From contig OZ024742.1 of the NCBI GenBank assembly GCA_964016885.1, forward strand, positions 346,270,001-346,334,000: a DNA stretch of 64,000 nucleotides. The letters are read 5' to 3'. Of the stretch, positions 27,966 to 40,944 are shown piece after piece; positions within the stretch are counted from its first letter, which is position 1; each line of letters begins with the position of its first letter. The position numbers were made by a program, and so were the translations under genes. A model generated the notes under the pieces. That model had not been told where the DNA came from, searched no databases, and saw nothing but the letters and a program-made list of their open reading frames with translations. Origin of the DNA: Eledone cirrhosa. Lineage: Eukaryota.

Positions 27966-28266
27966 CACTGGTCAACACACTTTTTACTGACTTAGATTTT
28001 GTTGTTTTTAGTTAATTTTGAGCTGCTGACTTCAAACATAGCATCCATTTCCCCCTAACACGTCAGGTTTTCAGGTTTTTCTTTTGCTTGGCTATCCCAT
28101 AAACACAGGAAATACGGATATTTTGTAAACTCTCCTTGTTGACCAAGTGAATACTTGACGTGATAGAAAACAAATATTGTCATTTTTAAACTCAGGGGCC
28201 CAAATTACTCGAGAACAGGTCTCAAACTTAGGTCAGTAGAAAAAAGCAAAATTTTGTTGACCAGTG
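27966..28266. mobile_element. MITE-like DNA element, superfamily uncertain
   Basis: 12-bp TIRs CACTGGTCAACA / TGTTGACCAGTG flanked by TTA on both sides. Confidence 0.65.
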
Positions 28267-28691
28267 TTATTTGTAATAATTGATTATTATTATTACTAAC
28301 AGAAATGATTGTTATTATTACTAACAGAAAAACCACCCTTCAGGTGGTTTTCTGCTAGCATGTGTAGTGTGCATATTGATATTATACGCAAGTATATATA
28401 CATGTAGATATGATACATCAAATAAAATCGTAATTGACAATATACACAGAAATTGAACGAAGACTGCGTTACACTCTCTTATGTAATCAGTAACGTAACC
28501 CATGATACATTTAAAAAAGACGATATTATGTATAAACTGCATTAGGAGAAAATTAGTGACGGAAATATATGAATGCTTAGTGTTGACATTTAAAAATTAT
28601 AAAGAAGTGAATCTTAAAATAAGCAACAAAATTATTTATATTTAATCAAGAATAACGAAATTTAGTAGATAAATTATGTAATATTCATTCA

Positions 28692-28877
28692 TTGGAGTAG
28701 CAGTATCGGTGGAGGGTCGGACGCCATGCTTTCCAGCATAGTTACGTCCCTTTACGATCTGAGTTCAAATCCCGCCGAGGCTGACTTTGCCTTTCATCCT
28801 TACGGGGTCGATAAAATAAAGTACCAGTAATGCACTGGGTAATTGCTGGCCTTGTGCCTAAAGTAGAAACAATTATT
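28692..28877 (+). mobile_element. SINE family 1
   Basis: B-box and shared core. Confidence 0.85.
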
Positions 28878-29377
28878 ATAATCATCAATTATTTCATTGT
28901 ATTGTTATATTTTATTTTCCAAAGTTCAAAAAAAGTAAAGGATCTAGAGAAAGAAGTTCTAGAACGATCTGGTCTATTCTAGTAAAATCGATAAGATTCT
29001 CTGAGTCACGTGTATTTCACTACATGTTTTAAAACGCTGCTGTCCACTCTGACATCGGCTTATATCTAATATTTTTTATTTGTCAAATCACAGACAGAAA
29101 TCATAACTTAGTTATGTATTTCAACGTTTTAATAGCATCTCTATCGTCGTTTTAATAGCATCTCTAGAGTTAACTTAACAACTATTAATTATTATGCACT
29201 TAATCATAATTTTTTAAAGAATACACGAGGAGATGCTTTTTTTACTACGTTTCTATGTTTGATTGTTCGTAAGTGGGAATATTTATAAGAGCTACTGCGG
29301 CTTCGTTTATGTGTATTGGTAGTATTAAGTCTGTTCTGATGCGTAGAAATATCGGTATTATTATTGTCATTCATCTA

Positions 29378-29600
29378 GGGCGGTGGATTGGCAGAATCGG
29401 TAGAGCGTCGGATGCCATGCTTTGCAGCATAGAGTTACGGCCCTTTATGATCTGAATTCAAATCCCCACCGAGGTTAACTTTGCCTTTCATCCTTACGGA
29501 AGTCGATAAAATAAAGTACCAGTTATGCACTGGTTCGATTTAATCGACTTTCCCCTCTCCCAAAATTGCTGGCCTTGTGCCTATATAAGAAACCATTATT
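29378..29600 (+). mobile_element. SINE family 1
   Basis: A and B boxes and shared core. Confidence 0.85.
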
Positions 29601-29888
29601 ATTGTAATTCATCAACTGTGGGTCGAATAATTGGATCATTCAACCACGAAACCGACGAAGATCCGACACAGACGTTACACACTGCTCATTGTTTTACAAT
29701 TCTGATGTATCTTACGACGTTCTGTTGTGGGCTCTTTTGTGGTCTTTTTGGTTTGGTTTTCAGTGTCAATAAATAAATAAATAAATAGATAAATAAATAA
29801 ATAAATAAATAAATAAATAGACGTATTTTAAAAGAAATAGAGAGAAAGTGACGTCCAAATGAGTATCCTCGACCTCCAACTAACTTAC

Positions 29889-30020
29889 CTTCCGCCTCTG
29901 GGTCTCAGCCGGCAGCATGGAGATCACATTGCCCCGGAGGACAGTGAGAGCGACTTTGCGGAGTTAACATCTGTGGGCGGCCAACTCCGCTTGCATTAAA
30001 ACGTTTTGCTTCCAATTTTA
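29889..30020 (-). other. Candidate 132-nt spliced exon of a host transcript
   Basis: TTTCTCCAG| acceptor and AAG|GTAAGT donor around GC-richer sequence that is unique in the window. Confidence 0.4.
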
Positions 30021-30199
30021 CTGGAGAAATATATATCAAACCTGACCGTCATCTATATTTCTTGGCCGTCATCAAATGAACAGAAACGTTTGAAATGTCC
30101 ACTGATGACAATTATTATATCATTTGACTCGTAAGTATGTATGTATGTATGTATGTATGTATGTATGTATGTATGTATGTATGTATGTATGTATGTATG

Positions 30200-32262
30200 T
30201 TATCTCTTTCTCTTAATTTCGAATATATTTTTTTGACCGGCCACCTTCCTGGTGGCAAGGCTGTAAAAGAAATTGTCATCCCTTGAATCGCAAGAATGTT
30301 TTGCAAATTTTGAAGGTGCCAGCTATCGCAGCCATTTGTAGACTATGAATTAGGGAGCTGCGCTTTTTGTCCGCAAATACAAGTTCAGTCATACTTTGGT
30401 CTAAGCGGGTTGGTATATAACCCGTAGCTCCAATAATGATGGGTATGAAGCTAAAGGTGTATCTTGGATACTGGATTTGTAAACTCCTCATCAATGGTCC
30501 GTAGATGTTCTCCTTCTCCTGTATTTTTCTGACAACTTTTACATCAAGTGGGCAGCTGATCTCCACAACAGAACACGTTTTCAATGTGTGATCCCAAACA
30601 ACAATATCAGGCCGGTTGTGCTTTAATTTGGTGGCAGTTTTTATTTTCAGGTTCCACCAGTATTCCTTAGTGCCATCTGTCTCAATACATTCTTCCTCGT
30701 TTGTTGTTAATTTTGTTTTCCGAAGTGCGTTCCAGATGGTTCTAGCTATCCCATCGTGTCTCATGGGGAGGTAGTAGCGAGATGACATTCTTTCGCAGCT
30801 GGCAACAATGTGGCTTACATCCTCGATCTTTGTTTTACATACTCTACATTTATTATCAGCTGATGGCCCTTCCATTTTGTGCAACAGATATTTGGTAGGG
30901 AGTTCTTGTTCCTGTATTGCATAGAGATATCCCTCAAGGTGTGATGTCATAAAATTGTCGGAACTCCATACCAGGCTTTTTGAGGGGTTTATCCCCTCTA
31001 TGGTCTGTGTTTTACGCCTCAAGTATCCATGCACAACTTTTTCTGTAAATTGGTCAATTTTTTCATCTTGTTTGAACATTGAATAGGATCTTCCGATTTC
31101 TCTGGGTGAGAGATTTATATCAGGCTTTATTCCATATCTCTCCTCCAGATCAGTCGCTATTCTAATGATTGTTTTTTTCATGCGCATAAACCTAGGCAAG
31201 ATGGTTGCCAACCTTTTTCCTCTGTTGAAGGTGTTGCTTCAGTGTTACTATCCGGGTCTCATATGATGTTAATATGGATTTTAGACCCCGGCCACCTTCC
31301 TTGCGTGAGAAGTATAGCCTATCCACATCACCATTGATGTTAAAATTCCCAGTAACACTGAGAAGTTTGCGAGTTCTAACATCCATCTCACTTAGTTCTT
31401 GCAATGACCAGTTCAGCAGGCCAAATGTTGGCGTTAGAATTGGCACAGCATAAGTATTGTGGGCAATGTATTTGTTGTACGCTGACAGTTCTGATGACCA
31501 TATTTTCTTTACTCTTCTGATGTATTCAGTTCTGGTTCTCTCCTTATTTATGGGTCCATCATATCTGACATTCTCATCCTGTCCAAGATATCTGTAGTTG
31601 TCACCTGACTGTAGAGGTTGTATTGTCAGACCGTTCATCTCTAGATTTCTAGAGGAGGGCACAGCTCGTCCACGTTTTACTGCCAAATATGCACACTAGG
31701 ACTCACCAAATTTCATTTTGATGTCTGTTGAAAATTATGTAATGAGGTCCAATTGTTTCTTGATGTCGTTGATATTTGGCCCATACAACTTCAATTCATC
31801 AACAAAGAAAAGATGGGAGATACTTCTGGACCCCCTTCTTTGTCCACCTTGTTTCCTGAGTAGGTAAGATAGTGGATTCAGTGAGAGAACGAAGAGTAGC
31901 ACTGACAAGCTATCACCCTGAAAGATGCCCTTCTGGTAATGTATCTTATCAGTCTTAACTTGCTCCTTCTCACCTCTAAGGATCAAATTGGTGTACCAGT
32001 TCTTGGTCAGGCGTTCAACAGCAGCTACCCATGGTTGTGAGACTTAATAATCCACCCATGAGGTACACTATCAAATGCTTTTTGATAGTCCAGCCACACC
32101 ACAGTCATGTTTCTGCGATTCTTTGTTGTTTTTTCTTGAATCATTTTATTAGTTAGTAGGTGATCTATGCAACCCCACACCTCCCTCTTTCCACCAGCTT
32201 GCTCAGTTGTCATGATGTTGTTGGTAGCACAGTGGTCCTGTAAGAACAGGTTAAGGCACCCT
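30200..32262 (-). mobile_element. R4/Dong-like non-LTR retrotransposon (RT, CCHC, restriction-like endonuclease), 5'-truncated and frameshifted
   Basis: WLDYQKAFDSVPH, GIFQGDSLS, HLFFVDELKL, CRVC..E...HIVASC, RHD, PDIVV, EISCP, EK..Y. Confidence 0.9.
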
Positions 32263-32973
32263 GTATGTATGTGTGTATGTATGTATGTAAGTATGTATGT
32301 AAGTATGTATGTATATATGTATCTGTTATATATGTATATATGTATTTATATATGTATTTATATATGTATGTACGTTTGTATGTATGTATGTATTTATGTA
32401 TCACATGTTTGTATGTATGTATATATATATGTATGTATGTATGTGAATTTTTGTATATATGTCTGTACGTACGTGTGTGTATGTATACATATGCATGCAA
32501 GTACTTGTATATACATATGTGTCTTATCCGTATATATATATATGCGTGTGTGTGTGTATGTGGTCGGGGGGGGGGGGTAGTGTTCTTTTATACAGATGAA
32601 ATGTTTCTTTGTTCTGTTTGACAGTCTAGAATACACCCAAGGAAATATGATCAATTAGAAATGATAGATTATATAAAATATGTAAGAAGTTCCTTCTTGG
32701 TGGAGTTGTACTCTGTTATTTATCATAAAAACTAGAAACTCTTTTACGATGTGATGAGATTATAGTCGTCTTAAAGAAAAGATTCTCGTTTTCATTGTTT
32801 AGTAATCCTAAGGAGGTGGATTGACGGTGTCGGTAGAGCGTCGGGCAAAAAAAATTGCGGTATTCAGATACGAATTTCTACGTTCTGAACATGCTTTTTC
32901 TCCATTTTTCTTTCGATTTATTTCCCTCTTCTCACTCTCAATCTTTCTATTTCTTCTTTTATTTCTCTTTCTA

Positions 32974-33009
32974 TCTTCTGATGAAGGACTAATATCCGAA
33001 ACGTTAAGA
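32974..33009 (+). ncRNA. Minimal PLE-type hammerhead ribozyme
   Basis: UCUU-CUGAUGA-a GGA cuaaua UCC-GAA-ACGU-U-AAGA. Confidence 0.75.
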
Positions 33010-33102
33010 CTATTTTCCTACTATATCAAATGTTAAAGTAATACATTTCTTCATTGTACTGTGTTTGCTTTATTTCCGATTATATTTTGCATATATATAC
33101 TG

Positions 33103-33332
33103 CAAGATGGCGTAGGACAGAACAAAGGAGAGACACAAACACAAAGAAAAGAATCCCCAGTCACTGAAGAGGTCACAGAATGTGTGACAAAAGAACTTTG
33201 ACAATATATAAACAACCATCTAGTTGTGGAACCAACCAACCAACCGGAAATTTATAAATTTATTATAATAAATTGAAGTGAAAGCAACTGGTGCGTGTGT
33301 TTCTTATTGGCAACATGACCCTCCCAAAGCAT

Positions 33333-33337
<5 letters not shown>
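33103..33337 (+). mobile_element. Second copy of the 10018-10271 repeat (HHR carries G12A)
   Basis: Direct near-identity. Confidence 0.8.
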
Positions 33338-33413
<76 letters not shown>

Positions 33414-33668
33414 CATACTTATACATATTTATACCTTTGCATTATTAATGTGTTTTTCCACGTATTCTACTTCTATGTGTCCATGTATTTCCACTCCTCT
33501 TATTGGGACTTTTGCTCACTTGTACCCATTAGCACACAACACTAGAATGTCTCCCCCTGAGAACAAAAATGAATATTACCCGACTATATCCCTTATTCTA
33601 CATCCCACTAGGATAACTTATAGAAGATCTACATAATACAATTAACGTTTCTTCATAAAGGACTCTCT

Positions 33669-36600
33669 TTAACTAATCATCATCATTCGTCGACCACTGT
33701 CGAGATGATGGATCTCACTCTCATGCCCCAGAATTCCCTGTCCCCCATCGCTGCCCCAGGTCCTGTCTACTGATTCCCATATCCCTAATGATACGTCGGG
33801 GAATGACAGCCTCCTACTCCTAGTCAGGCTGGAGTCAGGGTTCCAGAGCAGGAGAGCGGATATGATTTCATTGCTGGCACGGTGACAGTGGCCAGCAAAT
33901 TGAGCTCTCCGGGATTTTAGAAGGGCAGAGGCTCGAGGGAGTTTGCCATAGATTTTAGACAAGGTGGGATGTCGTTTCCAGGATAGGTTTTGCACTCTCA
34001 TTAAGAGGCGGGTATATGTGCCATCCAATCTCCTCTCAAGTTGTGATGTTAGTGTCCAAGTTTCGGATCCATAAAGTAATATGGATTGCTTAATGGTTGC
34101 TTGGAATATTTCCAGTTTTAGCTTGTTGGTACGTTGAGATGTCCATATGGCGTGCATGTCATTGCGCGCTGACCATGCCATATCCTTCCTGGTTAGAAAA
34201 TCTTTTTTGGAGGAGGAAATATATGTGCCAAGATACTTGTAATCTTCCACCTGCTTAAGGGTGGTACCATTAAGGGTTCTGATGGGGTAGTTTGGGCTGT
34301 TTGCACATCTGTTCACATACTCAGTCTTGGATTCGTTGAGGTACAGTCCAACACAGTTGGACGCTTGCTCTAATGACTTCAAAAGACTCTCAGCATTTTC
34401 CAGTGACCGACTGATCAATGCGATGTCGTCAGCAAAGTCAGTGTCGGTCAAGTATTTTGCTGGGTAGCGTGAGCTTCTCCTAGGATGTAGTTGGTATCCC
34501 CTATCCTGAATACTATCCACAGACATGCGCAAAACATAATCCACAACAATGATAAATAGATACGGAGCAAGGGTATCGCCCTGTAAAATTCCAGCGAGGA
34601 TTGAGAAAGGTGGTGTTTCCCCATCTGGGGTCAGGACAGTTGATTTGGTATCTGTATACATTACACGTATGGACGCGATGATTTTATCAGGAATCCCATA
34701 GAGTTGTAGAATTTCAAACATCCCCAACCTGTCAACTGAGTCGAAGGCTTTTGAAAAATCAACAAAGATGAGTGCAAGGTCTAGATTGCGGTTTTGGGAC
34801 TCCTCTATAAGTCGGCGAAGGCAGAGAATCTGGCTAAGTGTTGATCTACCTCTCCTAAATCCATTCTGGTTGTTACGAAGGATTGGCTCAAGAAATGGGA
34901 TTAAGCGGTTAAGAAGAAGCTTGTTGTATATTTTTGCAGCAATTGCCATGAGAGAAATTCCTCTATAGTTGGTGGCTAAAGAAAGATCTCCTTTTGGGGG
35001 CATGGGGATAATTTGAGCTGCATGCCAGACGCTAGGTGGTTTATTGGTCTCGAAAGTATGGTTACATAAGTTGAGCAAAAGGATGTGGAAATGCTCTTCC
35101 TTCCAAATCAGGGTAGGTATATTATCCGGCCCAAAGGCTTTTGAGGCTGTGAGCAGTTTGATGGCTTCTTTGAGCTCAGGCATGGTGAAATGAGAGGTGT
35201 TGATTCCTAAAGACTCTGAAACCTGAACGGATGGCAGTTGATAGTTATCAGGGAGTCTGGCCTTTTTCCCTAGAAGATTTTTAAAATGAGCAAACCAATT
35301 TTCAAGACGTTTTTTGGCAGAGCCTCCTTTGATTCTAACTGCAGAGTTTGAGTTTTTGCCTGAAAGATCTTTGACAACCTTCCAAGCAAGATGATGGTGT
35401 TTGCTGATGTGATGTTGCGATAGCTGATCAATCCTACCTGAGATATAGTCGGCTTCAGCATTAATATAAGCGTCGTCTAGTGATTTTTTGGCCATGATAA
35501 GCTGTATCTTTTTCCCTTGAGATGGTGATTGATGGTGAGTTTGGGATATTGACCTAAGATGGGCCCTTGCCTCTACTACCTTCTCTGAGGCATTAGGTTT
35601 CATTTGGCTTCGGCTTTTCTTTTTAGGTAGGGTGGCAAGTGCAACTTCCTCTGTTGATTGCTGAAGACAGTCATACACATCCTCAATATTATCATCATTG
35701 ATGTCAGAAGTTGAGAGGGATTGAAATCTGTTATAGACTTGAAGCGTGAAGCTATTGGATAGTTGTTTGTTGGAAGAAACGGCTTTCCAGTCTATTCTTT
35801 TCATGGGATGAGATTCGGCCCTCTTGGATATCCTGAGACTAAGTTTGATTGTTGCCGAGATGACTCGATGATCTGAGCCAACAGAGCTAAAGGAGGGATA
35901 AGATCTAGAATCTTTGATTGAGTTTCTCCATTTCTTGCGAAATATCAAATAGTCAATCTGAGCTCGTTTTGGGTTTGGGTATTCGAAGGTCCAAAGCTGG
36001 CCTCTGGTCTTCATGAAGCTGTTGTTTGAGCTGAATAGACTGAATTCCTCCATGAAGTTCTTGAGATATTCCCTGTTTCGGTTAGTAACCCTATTGTATG
36101 TGAACTTTACTTCATCCGGGCCAAGTTGAGCGTTGAGGTCTCCAGCGATGATAAGAAAGTTGTGTAAGGGTACTTGCTCAACAACTGTGCGAAGGGTCGT
36201 GTAGAATTCTCTTGCCTCATCCTCAGGAGAGGCGTTATGAGGACTGTATACACATATCGCAGTGGTTCTAGGATTGCCCTCTAGTGTAAGCACCAAGATT
36301 CTGGGAGAGATTGTTTCAATCCCTAGAAGATTATTGCTGGCTTTAGATGAGAGAAGGCAGCCGACTCCTCCGACGGAGGCATTGACAGGGTTCTTGGTGG
36401 CTGAAGAGGTGACAAGTTGGTAGGATCCTAGGGTGTGATACTTGAGATCATCCTTTGGGTGGAAAAAGCGGTGTTCTTGGACCGCAAGGATGTCAATGTT
36501 CTGCATTCTCTGCCAGCTCCTGGAGTCTACCTGTTGGAAGGAGGGTTCTGGTGTTCAAGGAGCTAACTATTATTTGCTTTTTACAGCTAGCCAAGCGAGA

Positions 36601-36819
36601 TTTGCTTGTTGTTTGGTTAGGACCTGTTTCTTCTCCATCAGATGAACCCCGTCCCTTGAGATTTGAGGATTCATCATCATTCGATGCCTTTGTAGGTGCA
36701 TTATGATCAGAAACAGGACCTGGGAAAGCAGGAGCTGGACCTATATCAACAGGTATACCATATAGTGTGGTTCCCTGAAGAACAGGAACCCTGGTGCAGT
36801 TAGTTGCGAAATCCATCAT
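33669..36819 (-). pseudogene. LINE APE endonuclease plus reverse transcriptase ORF, frameshifted near 36500 and probably near the C-terminus
   Basis: LNTRTL / DILAVQEH, GDLNA, QIDY, SDH, NYRGISL, QNGFR, FVDFSKAFD, GILQGDTLAP, FADD, YKYLG. Confidence 0.93.
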
Positions 36820-37334
36820 CTTTTCAAATAGCTAATAATGTGTGTGGGCGCCACTACTACACACATGTGAAAGAATTTGACAGCCAAGTCTTGAAGAAGG
36901 TGCTTTCTCCTCCGTGTGGTGGGTTACCCGGCGCCAGATACCAACCTGGCATTTATACCCTCGCCCTAATTGTTCGTGTTGCAAGCACTAGGGTAGTCGC
37001 TAGCCAAAGCTACGGACCCACTCTATCCGTCTGGAGATACGTTGTACTAGCTTACCAGCATACTAGTTACAGGAAGTTGACTTTTCCGGCACTGCAGCGC
37101 CTTTCGACGGGCCGTGCTGGTTTTGGATGGCCATTGACTCCAAGAGCTCTTAAGAGCTCCCAGGAGTTCCTTTGCCCTTTGACAGGTTTTATTTTTAGTC
37201 CTGCAAGATGTCCAAAGTCACCCTCCTCACCAAGAAACCTTGGTGGGGTTGCCAGTTTAGTCGCCGACGACCCGACCATGAGACAGGTTGTACTGGGATA
37301 CATGTTACCAGTAGCACCAGCTGGTGACCTGACA
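33677..37334 (-). mobile_element. Near full-length RTE-type LINE, 3658 bp, with 11-bp TSD
   Basis: TSD TCTTTAACTAA at 33666-33676 and 37335-37345; (TGA)n tail; APE+RT ORF. Confidence 0.93.
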
Positions 37335-38186
37335 TCTTTAACTAAACCCCGCAACCCAAAACCTTTAAAAAGTTTTTTTAAATGTTTAATTTTCAATTTT
37401 CTATTTGTTCAATTCTCAATCTTCCTACTCTTTAATTTTATAATGTTATTCTGAATTCTTTCAACTTCATCCTATAAATCTAAACAATATTTTAACGTTC
37501 CAGCTTTCTGTCGGACTGTTGGGTTGGTTTTCCTGGCGGCGGGACCGGCCCCCTGGCGCATAGGCCTACCTTGAGTGCTTGGAAATATAAATTTCCCCTT
37601 CTTTCGGTAAATGAAACTACTCGGAGTGGTTTGATTCGCCCCAGGGCCTCGGCGCGCAGCCGGTTTTTTGACCGCTATATAGTACCTTTAAATTACAGAT
37701 CAAATCAGAACTATTAGATGTATCACGCCTCCCTCTACTTAAGCAAATCCCCCTCCTGGGTAAAGTGATAGTACTGGTTTTGTACAAGAATGGCCTAACG
37801 ATGCGGGCTGACTTCCTGCTGGCGCACCTGAAGCCTGTTATACATTCCTAGAGTGCTCTGAAAAATCGATTTCCATATCTTTCGCTAGGCGATATCACTC
37901 GGAGTGATGCGCTGCCCAAGCTTGTAGTCGCCGCATGCTGTTTGACGGCTAAACAAAGACATAATCTTTACCCTATAATAAAATGTAAGTGTCTTCATAA
38001 AAGACTCTTTCTTTGCTTAAACCTCGCAACCTTTAACTTTCAATTTTCTAATTTCTTTAATTTTATAATGTTAATATTAAATATTAATTTTTTAACTTCA
38101 TCCTATAAATCTAAACAAAAACGTAAACGTTCCAATCTTCTGCTCACACATTATAACATACTGAACCCCACTATATTTACCTCTGC

Positions 38187-38690
38187 TAAGATACGGGTCC
38201 CTTTGAAAATATTTTTTTCGCGCCATTCCTGGCCTGACTGTAGTCTGACATTAATATCGACCTTTCTTCCTCTTTCTTTCCATCTTTCTTCTTGTAGCCA
38301 TCAACCCTGACTTTTCTTCTTCTTCCTTTTCTTCCTTCTCTTCTCCCTTCTTTCTGCTTTTCTCCTTGTGGCATGATATTAACGCTGACTTATCTTCCTT
38401 CCTCTTTTTGTTTGCCTATATTTGACCGGTAGTAGTTGTTAAGATACGGGTCCCATAGAATTAAAAAAAAAAATTTTCGCGACATTCCTGGTTGACTGTA
38501 ATACCAACCTTTCCTCCTCTTTCTTTCTGTCTTTCTTCTTATAGCTGACATTAACCCTGGCTCTCTTCTTCTTCCTTTTCTTCCTTCCTCCTTCTTCTCT
38601 CTTCTTTCTTTCTTTCTTTTCTTGTGGCATGATATTAACGTTGACTTGTGTTCCTATTCCTTTCTGTTTTCCTTTATTTGACCGGTAGTA
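38187..38690. repeat. Diverged tandem duplication of about 253 bp (TAAGATACGGGTCCC...TTGACCGGTAGTA)
   Basis: Units start near 38187 and 38440. Confidence 0.8.
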
Positions 38691-38824
38691 ACACACTGTA
38701 AGCTTTAGCCACGTCGCTTGAGGGCGACCGGCAAAGGTGGAAGTTGCTGGATGGCGGTCGTCCTCGGGTCTTTGATTTTCAGCCCCATGGATTTTATCTA
38801 TTACATTCACTTATTATATTTCGA

Positions 38825-38882
38825 ATACCTGATGATATCACCGGATTCATACGGAACCCGGTCATTGAAATGATCATAGTAT
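38825..38882 (+). ncRNA. Type I hammerhead ribozyme
   Basis: AUAC-CUGAUGA-[ACCGG..CCGGU stem II]-GAA-AUGAUCAU-A-GUAU, followed by AATAAA. Confidence 0.8.
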
Positions 38883-38930
38883 AATAAACCTTTCAAGGAT
38901 TTACACAAGTCCAGCCTCTTGTCATTTCAT

Positions 38931-38980
<50 letters not shown>

Positions 38981-40117
38981 CGATGCAAATGTGGTAAGGA
39001 ACCAGATGGACCATAACGCACGAAAGTACTCAATACTTAGGGTAGTAGAATGGGTAATAGGAACAAGTATGACCCCAACGGCAGAGCTGAAGCCGTTTCG
39101 ACGGCTAATTCTGGACTAAATAAACATGTTTAGCCTGGTAAATAAATAGCCGAACTTCTCAGGGAGTAATTCCATATATGGTAAAATAGGGATTGTCACA
39201 AGGATTGGTCAAAAGTTTGTTGTTAAGACGTATGATTCTATCAATGCATTTTGTGGGGGGTAGGGGTATCTGAACTTGCCGGTAGAAGAAAGGTGGAGAG
39301 GGAGTGGAGGAAACCCAGTCAAGCGTTGAAGTTGAAATCTATACACCAGATTCTAAGGATAGTGTATAGAAGGTCGAAAAAAGTGTACTAGAGGAGGGGA
39401 GAAGGGGGTTGGGGGTTGAAAAAATAGGTAAATCGAAAGGGAGTAAACAAAAGAGCCATTATAAAAATGAGGAAGTATATAAAACATATAAAAAACAATT
39501 TTTGGTTACTACTCCCCTTCCACAATCACCAAATCTCTCATTGGTATTGCTAAGCTATAGAAAAGTTTAATAGGTGGAGGGGAATACTAAATACGAGATT
39601 GTAGTGAAAGAATTTTATAAAGCCATCATTACAGGGGGTCTAACACCACTACTATAGTTAGTAGTAATCAGCCAATGCTATCTTACAATGACAGGTTAAT
39701 AAGTTGAGGTCAAACATACTAAAGAACTAATACGAAATATTAATTCAGAATCCCAAAACATAAATACTAGTACAATATATATAAATACTAATACAATACA
39801 TAAATACTAATACAATATACATAAATACTAATACAATATATATAAAAAAACTAATACGAAATATTAATTCAGAATCCCAAAACATAAATACTAATATACA
39901 ACTAATGCAGAAATACCACTAAGAAATTTAGAAATCACGGAAATGGGGCAGCCTAATTTTCATATCGAGTGAGTTAATCGGCCGGGGTACCGAAAACGAT
40001 AAACGGAAAAAATGAAACGAAATTTCTCACTCGATATGCAAATTAGGCTGCTCAGCCGTTAATATGCATAAGGAAATGATATACTTTCAGACGTTCAATC
40101 ATCTGGCAGGAAGGTAT

Positions 40118-40160
40118 ACGTTGCTGACGATAGCTAATAAGCTTGAAACTAGTACAGCGT
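40118..40160 (+). ncRNA. Minimal hammerhead ribozyme, identical to 23482-23524 (-)
   Basis: Intact CUGACGA/GAAAC core, palindromic ACUAGU stem III, GUA site. Confidence 0.85.
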
Positions 40161-40363
40161 TCCTTTATCAGGGTTGAACAAATGAGCAACTATGGTTGCT
40201 AGACACTGTACGGCTTAATTCGGGATGTTTGTTTACAAACACACCGAGCATTATAATAAATGTTCGGTGAATCGATACGTACATATATATATGTGTGCAT
40301 GTATGTATATATATATACATACTACTGTACGTCTGTATACATATATGTATGTACGTATACATA

Positions 40364-40455
<92 letters not shown>

Positions 40456-40526
40456 TATATACATATACATATATGCATATACATATATGCATATACACAT
40501 ACACACACATATATATATACACATAT

Positions 40527-40565
<39 letters not shown>

Positions 40566-40944
40566 CATACACAAACACACATATATATATATATACACAC
40601 ACTCATGCATACACACGACACACATATTCATACGTACATATACATACATATATACCCACGTACATATATATATATATATATATACATACATATACATACA
40701 TACATACAATACATATACACACACATTTCTACATACATACATATACACATACACATATATATACATATATATATATATATACGGGATAACAAGTTATCGT
40801 TGTAGGTAATCTTCTTAGAGGTAGTCCAGTTAGAGTACTCCGTGTTGTGGATGGTGTTAACGTATGGCTTAGTTTGACTCAACAAGATGCTTCCATAGTG
40901 ATGCAGCGAGTTCGCGGTGATTTCTATGTAGGCTATACTTGGAG

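Noticed and set aside
28325-28358. Hairpin followed by CTAG, resembling a Helitron 3' end
   Set aside because: No matching 5' end or second copy, and CTAG is not followed by T
29880-30000. U1 snRNA-like words (ACTTACCT, GATCAC, CATTGC)
   Set aside because: Spacing and Sm site do not fit U1; ACTTAC is better explained as a minus-strand splice donor
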